DNA of 64,000 nucleotides from Thalia democratica (lineage: Eukaryota). Position numbers and translations under genes: made by a program. The first letter of the stretch is position 1. Every line of letters begins with the position of its first letter. The notes beneath the pieces were generated by a model. The model had not been told where the DNA came from and did no database searches. It saw nothing but the letters and a program-made list of their open reading frames with translations. Below are positions 52,201 to 64,000 of the stretch, in pieces. The DNA is taken from the NCBI GenBank assembly GCA_965202585.1, contig OZ241826.1, positions 54,436,001 through 54,500,000 of the forward strand. The letters run 5' to 3'.

Positions 52201-55200
52201 ATTTTGTGAAAGATTAGATACTTATGAAACTAAAAAACAAACGAGTACTATTATATAGTATAAAATTATTTAGTTTTTTTTTTGTACCAAAAACGAAAGT
52301 GATTTTCCAAAAAAAATTTTAAGTGACTTAGGTGTTAAAAATCATATTAACCCTTAAATATAAATTTGTATTATAAGAAAAGTTATACAAAAAGTAAACA
52401 TAATTGCAATTATTTTTGAAAATAAATAAATTTATTTTAATATTATGTTAAAGTAACGCAAAACTCTCTGTAAAACTCTATCAAAAGTAAACATTTGCTT
52501 GCCAAATAAAGTTTTTACAAAAAACCTCAACAGAGTGCTTGTTTAGAAAAGTAAATGAGAATGAGGTGATTATATTTTACAAATAAAATTACAAAAAACG
52601 TCAACAGTTGCACTGTGAAATCGCAAGGAATATTTTCAAAAAAACTGAAACAACCTTTACAGAGTGAAGTAGCAGGATCGATTATGGCTTTTGTTGATGT
52701 AATTTTTCCGTATCTAAAAATTAACACTTTATGATAAACAGGAAAATAAGCTGCCTCATGTAGTAATAAATAATTACGTTCATTAACTGTATTTTTATAT
52801 TTTTAAACTTTAATATTTATAAGTTACACAAAATTTCCTTTACTGGCAATAATTATTTTTGCCTCCTTTTTTTAATTTTGTTATTCACTATAATTATACA
52901 TGTAAGTAAATAATTAACTAATTTAAATCATTTTACCCTTTTTCTAAAGTTCTAAACATAAATTTTAAAACTGAATGTAACTTAAGTATATTCTTAATTT
53001 TTGTTCAAAGTTTGATGCTGACTTAACATAGTTGTCTAAGTATCATTAAACTACTTTTGTAAAAGCATTTAACAGTATTAAAATTAAAACTAAAGTTTTA
53101 ATTTCACATTTTACAAAGCCTGGAACACGGAAGTATTTTTAATGTGAACTTTTTAAGTTTTTATTAAAATTATATACAAACCTTTGAAAAGATATTCATT
53201 ATATTCTATCGGATTATGTATAAAGTTTTAATATAATGATATTTCTAGCTTGACATTTAAAACATAGGAAATTGTTAGTTTCTGCTCTACGTAACACTTA
53301 AAATGATCCTTTAATGATAGAAGAAAAGAAAAAGTACGTTAAATTTTTTATGGACCGCTACCCATGTAGAACATAGCTATTTAAATGTCATATAATTTTA
53401 AGAAAAACTTATCTAACATTTAAATTCAGTTTTTACTATTAAGATAATTAAATATTTGATACAGATTTTTTTTTTTTTAATTATACTTCTTTTACAAAAG
53501 AAGCAAGTTTTAGCTTTAGAAAACTGTAAAACTCATAAAATAAAATAAAAATTCCACAGAACTTTGATATATACAAAGCGTTAAAATCTACCCCTTGCAT
53601 AGTTGAAAAAGAAAATCGTCATTGCAGTCTTGCGCAAGTCCACGAATATAAAGGTTGGTTTTGCTCAGAAGTTCCTGGTTCTGACGATTGTTCAACCTGC
53701 GCTGCTGACCACCGTTGATGCGCTGCTGTTGATGCTGTACACTTTCGTTGATTAGTTTAACCTAGAATAGTTTTTTTACATTCAATTGATAAACATAGAA
53801 TATTTATGTAAAGTTAACTAAGAAGCTTGGTTAAGCTTAAAAATATAAATACACATGAAAATATATATTTTAAATACCTCTTTGTCGTTGATTGATTCGC
53901 TTTGTTCTGTAGTTGCAGTATTCTTAATGTTCTCTACGTCATTACTCAACCCATTTGAAGTAGTTCCGTTTACTAGCTGAGTGTTCTCCTCATTTTTTAA
54001 AGATGCACTCACTCCATTCTGATGAGTTCCGTTTGTAATGATACCGTTTTGCATTTTTTCGCTAGTTTCAGATGCAGTCTGTATCAAAATTGACTTTGAA
54101 AGTTTACATAAGTTAGACAAAGCATGAAAATAGAATTTCAATACTTATAAGTATTTGATATACTTTAAATCATTTTTAATGAAAACTAGATAGTTTAAAG
54201 TAAATATTGAATTAGTCAAACAGATAGTTTTAACATTTTGATTTTTATATCAAACAAAAACACTTTGCAGCACTTAAGAAAATGTGAAATAGTTTTATTT
54301 TATCAAATAAAAACTAGGAATTAAGTTTTTCAAAAAACCTAAAGTCTATTATTCTTTATTATGAACTACTTTTTGCCATTAATAGAAATTTTAAAATATA
54401 TAATAATATGCTACAATTAAACAAGTTTTACTAAAAATCAAGATATTATATACTTTTGATATATGTTTTTTATTGAGTATTAATCAATAATTTGTTAAAT
54501 TTATTACTTTTGGTTCAATAATATAAAACTAATAAGTTAAAAAGGTTTATAAAAACCATCTTTAATAACACTATTGGTGTTTTAGTAAATATGATATGAA
54601 TTTCTATGTGATAACATTTTTACATGCATCTTTAAAATTCTATAACTTTAGATATTATAATTAAGGATGTGTTTTATAAGGTTTTTTACTACTTAAAAAT
54701 ACCTTTAGGTTTTTTTTAATTTAACTATATTTTCATTCAAACGTTGTACTTAATAAAGTAATTTAAAAATATGTTAAAGTCAGTTTTAGAAGAATATCAT
54801 TTAATACTTTTAAGAATAGTTTTATGTAAAAATTATAAAATGTTTTTTTTTCTAAATAAGCAACTTATCAAAACTTATTAATAAGGTATATTAAGACTGT
54901 TTATGATAGTAATAGAAATGTCTCAAAGTTAATTACGGTATAATAAGTTTCAATTAAAAGTTTTGAGTATATTTTTTACTAAAAAAGACTTTTTAAGCTA
55001 TAAGTTAGAAGTTCAGATTTAAAGCTTTACTACTGAAAGTAAAATTTAAGAGCTAGTTTAGTCAAGTTAAAATTGAATTAAAGAATGTTTAAAAACTAAC
55101 TAATAATTTATTTTAAATGGCTTTAACTATTTGCTTTAGTCAATAGTATTGTAAATTTTATTTATCAAAAAAAACTAAATTGTAAATATTATTTCAATAT

Positions 55201-55509
55201 TTAACTATAAGTACTATTTTTAAGTTCTATGTTGAACAGTTGTAGAAAACAATTATTTTTTTATTATCAGTGCTTTAATTTCTATTTGTAGAAAACACCG
55301 CTGTTTTTCTATAAATAAACTAATTTTTAACTTGTTAAACTGTGTATTAAACAACGCATACAAATGTATATTAACTATTTTTTAAACTTTTTAAGTAATG
55401 CTAATTTAAATACAGTTGTTTAATAATCTTTGTAGTTTTATAGTAAAAAATAAACTCGATACTTAAATTAAGTACAACATACCTTGTTCTTAACAGTGTA
55501 TGGACCCAT
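46225..55509 (-). CDS. RBMS: RBMS/MSSP (Drosophila Shep-like) two-RRM RNA/ssDNA-binding protein
   Basis: Exons 55509-55483, 54078-53878, 53761-53592, 52713-52655, 52179-52088, 50157-49997, 49776-49697, 49563-49392, 49295-49250, 49168-49103, 48752(or 48735)-48631, 46380-46225 (TAG). Motifs: [80 protein letters not shown]. One junction in the low-complexity tail is ambiguous (see findings). Confidence 0.93.
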
Positions 55510-55599
55510 TTTTCTTATAAACTTAAAGTTATTTTGATGATCTCTCCTTGCAAGTAGTTGATGAAATAAAACTAAAACAAGTTATACTGTACTTTATTG

Positions 55600-55690
55600 G
55601 ACACGTATGCAGAAAAAAGAAGTTCTCTCGCTGAACAAGGTGAAATCTAGTTGAATTAAATCTACTAGGTGGCGCTAATAGTATACTTTT
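55600..55690 (-). promoter_or_regulatory. Probable RBMS proximal promoter
   Basis: Locally GC-richer segment 90-180 nt upstream of the ATG at 55509. It contains CACGTA and CTACTAGGTGGCGCTA. Confidence 0.4.
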
Positions 55691-57903
55691 TTGGCTGTTT
55701 ACTATTTTTTTACAAAAGTTCTAACAATTTTATATTACAAGTTTACTTTAATAATAAAAAATATTCTTGTTAGAAATATATTATTTAAACTTATATTAAT
55801 ATCTTAAACCTTAAAAAAATCATTTAAGGTTTAGCAAATCTTAAGATATCTATTTTATGACATGTAGTCTTATTACGTAAATATAGAACATTTTATATTT
55901 GTTCTTAACTTACACAATCCCGGCTATTAAAATGATGACTTTTTTTAAATTGCTTACATAGTATAGTTAATATGATATAAAAATAATTGCTTTATGAAAG
56001 AAAGATGTTTTTTGGCGACTAAAAAAAATAAATGTTTTACTTTTTAGTATTTTGGTTTAATTATATTGTATTTTAGGTTTTTTTATTATCATTAGCTTGT
56101 TTTAAAAAAATCTTAAATTTTTTTAATGTATAAATATTCGAAGTGAAACAGATGAATTACAGCTTAAGAAATTACATAAATCCAAGTTACAACCAAGTGA
56201 GAGGTGAGTTTTACATAAGAAATTTTAAAATCTCATTAAACAAATAAAACAAGGTTAACTTAAAAGTATAATAAATAAATGAAATAAAAAAGTAGAACAA
56301 ATAAAAACCTAAATTTTTCAAAGCTCAGTTTTATGCCTTTTTTTGATTAGAAAGTTTTTTTTTTATTGTAATAATTTAAGTGTCAATAGATGTACTGAAA
56401 TAACTTTAGTTAATAATTGCTGAATAGGTGTTGAAAAAAAGTTTAAAATTTTTTTTAACTTTGCTAAGTTATTATTAAACCAAATTAAACATCTATCTAC
56501 ATCATATTAAATATAAGTTAAAGTAACAACTACATTTTTAAACAACCATATAAGTTTAGTTTAGAAGTAATTTTTAAAAAAATTGTGTTTTTTTTTCGGA
56601 AAAATAAATTAACAGCACGTTAACGAAATTAAACAACAAAAACTTTGCAAAAATATTAACAAAATTAAAACATACTATTTATATAGTTTTAATTTATCAA
56701 TTTTATGTTAAACTTTTTGGCTCGCAATTTTAATAAGTAGTGATTCTATTATTGAAATTTGCTACATATTTTTATCTATATCATATTATAGTTTTTTGCA
56801 AACTTTGAATTGTTCAAAATTTATAAATTATTGGTTTTTAGGCTTTGTTTTATAGTATCAAATACTCTTTTTTTTAACCCTTTATTCTCGTCTAACATGA
56901 ATAAGTTTAGATGTGCAACTTATGTAGTTATTCACGCAATTAAAACATATGCAACAATGCTTATTTCGTATAAAGATAGAAACTTATATAACAATATTTC
57001 ACTCAATTAACAAATGAGATCCTCAGTTATAATTTATACCTTATTCTATTTAACTGAGATATATTATAACTAACGACCCTAATAATGCAATTTATTAATT
57101 GAGTGAAAAAATGCTTTTTTTAATTTGTTGTTCAATAAAATTGTAATTCTTCTCCTTGGAACGAGCATAAAGTTATTGTTATAGAAAAATTTAATACATA
57201 TGTATATACTAAAGTTTATTTACAAAATGTATACAAAAGCAACTATACTCAGGTTTCACATTTCACTTTTCAGGTCTTAAGTAATTGTTAATTCATAGCA
57301 GGGGCGTGTTTTGACTGGTTTCCTGTACAAACCCTGAAAAAACTGGATTAAAAGTAATAACTAAGCGATTGTTTATGCTTTTCTTTTGAAATAGTCTACT
57401 AAAAAATCATATCTATTTGTTAACTTTTTAATATTAAATAAAACTAAATTTTAACTTTTTAAAGAACCACTTCAAAAATGACGTAATTATATAAGTTGTT
57501 TTGTAAAAAAGTATATATTATCTATTTAAAAAAAAACATAATTACGAACGGAGCACATTTAAAAAAGAAAACTTTTCATTCTAATTTAACCAATCAAAAG
57601 TTTAAAAAAAATGCTATTATTGAATGACTTTACAACTCCAAGTGTTTCATTTTTAACTACGAAACCTTTGACATAATCATTCTTTTACAACATTAGACAA
57701 ACTGTAGTTTTATTTGAATTTTTTCACCAAACTGTAAAATAACTGTTCACGCCTGTACTAGTTTGTTATAAAATTACACTTATTATTTATTTAAATTTTA
57801 CTTTTACCTAAATTATTCTAACTGGGACTGTTTGACTAAGTAAATTATTTACATATAATTGAATATGTCTTTCTGTTATTATATTATATTTCTGTAGAAT
57901 ATG

Positions 57904-57997
57904 TGGTGTACGACTCGATAACCGAAAGGTACCTTTAACCCTGGTCCTTAGACCAAAATTTTTGAGCGCATTTTTCTATTGTTCAATAAACAATAAT
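57904..57997 (+). repeat. Structured dispersed repeat, copy F (5'-truncated, internally altered)
   Basis: TGGTGTACGACTCGATAACCGAAAGG..GGTCCTTAGACC..TTGAGCG..TGTTCAATAAACAATAA. Confidence 0.85.
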
Positions 57998-60893
57998 ATT
58001 AAGACTAGTTAATTACTAACCTTAGTTAATACTTCATTTTTAGTTGCTTAGTTATAAAAGACTTCGTTATACTTGTTAGCTTCACAATGTAAGGCAACAC
58101 TTTCACATTGTCAATAATAACAGAACATTTCACTAAAAGTTAAAAACTGGATATCTTATTTTCTGTTGTACTGGTATTTTAAAATTGTTAAATTAAAATG
58201 CACTTAAAGACGCCAATTATAGTAAACTGTACTTTACAACATACTTTTATAAATATTTGAATAACTGTGAGATATCTTATGTACTAAGAGCGCTTAAACA
58301 AATGAGCCAAAACTACAAACTTTAAGTAGGTGAATGTTAGAAAGTTATAGAATTAGTTTTGAATATTTAATCTTATTTAATTTTTTTCTAAAAGTTTTTG
58401 CTTTTAACGCATAACCAACGGAGAAAGCTTCTTTTATACAGTCTACACACCATCAGATGTAGTTGTTAGCAAAGTACAGTCCGCCAATAGAAATATCTAA
58501 CCTGCGATACTTTCTAGCTTGAACACAATTACTAACTTAAAAGTTTATAATAAAAAAACTTTGAAATATGCTTATTTATTTTAGTTCACAGTTAGTATCA
58601 CAGTTCACTTATAAAATTATTATTTCATTACAATTTTACTTTTAAATGCTTTTTCATAACTATTATACAACAATTTTTTAATTATGCAGCTCGCTTAAGC
58701 TGAATTAATTTGAAACAAATAAACGCTTAATATTCTTTAGTACTCAGTTTGAATAAAAAGATTAGCAAGCTGGTAACTCTGCCCTTTACCCATAACTATC
58801 TACGTATTAACCCGTAAGCAACTAGGTATTGCGACAAGATGAAGCTTTTATGTCAAATAAATGCTTAATTTTAAATATATAAAAACTTTAATATAACACA
58901 TAACTTTTACTTTAATAATGTATTCATTAATTCAATGGTTTTGAAACTTTTGAATAAGTGAGTTCAGTTGATCACTTAAAAAAGTTGTCGATCCGTTGAT
59001 TTTATTTTAAGTCTAAAAAATGTACATAACAAGTTTTTTTTTCTTTATTATGTTACATATACTAAAACTCAGAATCAACAATACTGTAATTATTATCATA
59101 TATAGTAAATACAGATTTAGAAAATTTCATTATTAACATAATTTTCTATGCACAGTATAAAATGGAACCAATCAAAAATACTGAACACACTTGGAGAAAA
59201 CCAAAACACATAGTAATAACTTAAGTAAGACCGTGTAACTAGTATTAAGTAATAAAAAGTTTTTTAAATCATTATATCTGTCTATACAAAAATATGTATA
59301 AGTCAGTAAAATTTAGAGTTTTTAACAAAGTTTTATTCTACTTAGTATTACAAAAGTGAATTTAGAAATGATGCACTACACAATAATCTATACAGAAAGT
59401 TGTCTAGCAAGTTATATAAAAAACTAATAAGACTAAACTTACCTATTAGTTGTTCTTAATAATATATATATATATATATATGTCACGTTTTATAGAATAC
59501 AAGTGATGATTCAGTTAATAATATACAACCAATTACGAAGGTAAATTTATTGGGTTGAAAACAAAACTTCATCAATAAATAAAGATAAAAAACGTAAATT
59601 CATTCTGAAATTTAAAAACTTGATAAAAGAAAAAGTAATAACAAATAAAATGAATCAATATTGAGTAATCGAAAAGTTTAAAGAAATTCTGTACAATTTA
59701 CAAACTTACTTCATTATGACGATAACAGAAAGAATTTTAAAATGTAAACTTAAAATGAGATACTAGAATAAATAGAAAACAATAAATACAAAACAAATAG
59801 TTAGTTTTAAAAGTATACTATTTATATTAAGTTTATATAGGAAAAAGTATATAGGTATAGCATTTAATCATATATATATATATATAAAAGGAAAATTAAT
59901 TAAACTGTTTATATAAAAAAAGGCAACAAAAACACAAAGAAAATTTATATGAAAAAACCATTAAAAAGAAATATTGCATTGACATATCATGAGATTAAAG
60001 TTATAATGTCATTTTCAGAACATTCTCTTGTGTTTCATATTCATTTCAAACCATAACTACATTCGAAAAGTCTATATATATAATCCATATATATACATTT
60101 TTTAAATAAAAGTCAATTCAACAAATGAAAGTTCAGCTAATTTAATTTTCAATTCTCAATTTAAGTATATTAAACTAAAGTTTGAAAATTAAAAAAACAC
60201 AGCAGTGGCACTAAATGGTAAGTATGAAACTAATAAAGAAATAAAATTTGAGTAAGTTAAACAAATTTTCTAAAATATTTATAAATTCTCTACACAAATA
60301 TATTGACTATACACAAATTTTCTACCAAAACAACTTTACGAGTATATCTTATTATAGTATTAACAATTTCGTTTATAACTATCAAAGATGCAAGAATATC
60401 ATATCACAAACCTTGTAGTTCATTAAGGTTAAAGAATTGCATTTAAACAACTTTTTGAAAATTTCTTACTTACTTTTTTAAATCTTTCTACAAAAGTAAA
60501 TAGCAATGGTTTAAGTACAACATTATTAATTATAATTTATTTGAATACTCTAAATCTTAACTTATCTGTAATTAATAAACCCATAATGTTTTAAAATCTA
60601 GCTTAAGGTTACCATCCTGAAAATAAGCCATTTAAAATAATTGCAAGTAACTCTATTTAAAACATTTAGTTAGAAGAACAATCTAATATTAGAAATTTCA
60701 ATTCAATCTAATTATCATCATAAAATTTATGTACATTAATATTTCAGACTTAGTTAAAATAAAAATGTTTATAATTGTCAAGGCTTGTTCAGCATGAAAT
60801 ACTGAACAGCAAATTATAATTTTTTTTTAAATACATTTTTCTACCTTTACTGCATGCAACGTGTCTAAAAAAAAATAAGTTGAAAACAAATAA

Positions 60894-62723
<1,830 letters not shown>

Positions 62724-63434
62724 TTGAAGTTTAAGTTAGATTCTATCAACTAATTATCTAGAAAAGTAACATATTTTACACAATAAAAAGTTTTTAAAAT
62801 TGCCTCGATAGAAAAAAATAATGAACAAAGACAAAACATTTAGCTAAACTATAGCTTATAGTAAATCAAATATTTTTTTGATTAGTAGTTGTATTTTTAG
62901 GCAAGGCTTTCGAAAATATATATACTTGTTAATAACCTGCCATTCTGTTTAACTTTTTTTTGTAACTGATAAGTTATTCTAAATATGGAGCAAAAAAAAA
63001 TGTCAAACTTATAATTAAATATAGTCTCCTTTATACTAGGCTGATAAACTTAAATGTGTTGTTTTGTTAATCAACAAATAAAATTACTTTTACTTTTCAG
63101 AAGTATAACTATTTATTTAAGTATTTTAGACAAAAAGTAATCAAGAAATAATGTTTAAAATAAATTTTGATTAGAGTTAAAATGTTGATTCCAAAGTTGT
63201 TTTTTATTTAAGTTTTATTGTTATAATAGGTCTTCTCAATATACTTTAAATACCTTTGATAGCTTAAGTGCACTTTATCAAAAAATATTTAACAAATAGA
63301 ATTTTTACTGAAAAAAAGTAACAATAAATTCAAAATAATAACCCAGTCATGTTGTTTACCTAATAATTAGACCTGCTAACTACAGTTCTTATTTGTCATT
63401 AGAATTAACAATCTTTTATTTTTATGCACAAAAA

Positions 63435-63747
63435 GAGGGTTCCCACAAAAATTTCAAAAAAAATTATTAAAATTAATATTAAAAAAAAAATTTTTTTTTA
63501 TTAACTAGGTAGCGCCATAAAGTCATTTTTGTATTGAGACTGCAAAGGTTTTGATTTAAATAATATTATTAAATTATTATAATAAACTTTTATGTGTTTT
63601 TCACCACACAGTTTTGCTGATTTGGCTTTTAATCGCCTAGCAAAAAAACGTAATTTATAGGGATTTTTACATATTTTTCAATTTTTTAAAGGGATTTTTC
63701 AGAATTTATAGTGAATTATAGGGATTTATAGGGAAGTGGGAACCCTG
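63435..63747. mobile_element. 313-bp MITE with 6-bp TSD upstream of ZMYND19
   Basis: TIRs GAGGGTTCCCAC / GTGGGAACCCTG, with CAAAAA on both flanks. GGGATTT subterminal repeats. Confidence 0.75.
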
Positions 63748-63814
63748 CAAAAAGCAAACATAATTTATATATTTTCAATTTTATCCGCTTTTTTTTTTGA
63801 AACACATAATTTAA

Positions 63815-64000
63815 GGCCATGGGAGATTTGGATTAAAAAAATTACACAAAAGAAGTTTATAAGTTAAAGAAGTATGAAGTATAAGGAAGTTTATATATAA
63901 TATGAAAGTTTCAATTAAAAATTTTAATTTTATTAACAAAACAATGTTTCACTTGCTTGAATCAAATCAAACAAGATCATCAGTTGAATAAAAGTTTAAC
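63815..64000. mobile_element. Possible start of a Kolobok-like element, cut off by the window end
   Basis: TTAA|GGCCATGGGAG terminus only. Confidence 0.35.

Overview
Very AT-rich, intron-rich animal genomic DNA. The composition and transposon mix suggest a Hydra-like cnidarian, but this is inference only. I assembled five protein-coding genes exon by exon by matching splice phases: (1) the 3' part of a stathmin-like protein (+, 90-1453); (2) calsyntenin (-, 19 exons, about 1074 aa, 7250-18616); (3) TOM1-like VHS-GAT protein (+, 3 exons, 455 aa, 29425-35209); (4) RBMS/MSSP/Shep-type two-RRM protein (-, 46225-55509); (5) ZMYND19/MIZIP (-, 5 exons, 241 aa, 60894-62723). Introns and spacers are crowded with non-autonomous DNA transposons: TTAA-flanked Kolobok-like elements including a 682-bp near-perfect foldback, CAGGGTT-ended elements with 6-bp target duplications, Charlie-like MITEs and other MITEs. 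There is also a Penelope-like GIY-YIG remnant followed by a minimal hammerhead ribozyme motif, plus a second, isolated hammerhead-like motif. The most intriguing unexplained signal is a roughly 125-nt repeat present six times, whose stems are conserved while its loops vary. I saw no rRNA, tRNA or CRISPR array. Most ORFs in the supplied six-frame track are spurious or are exon fragments.
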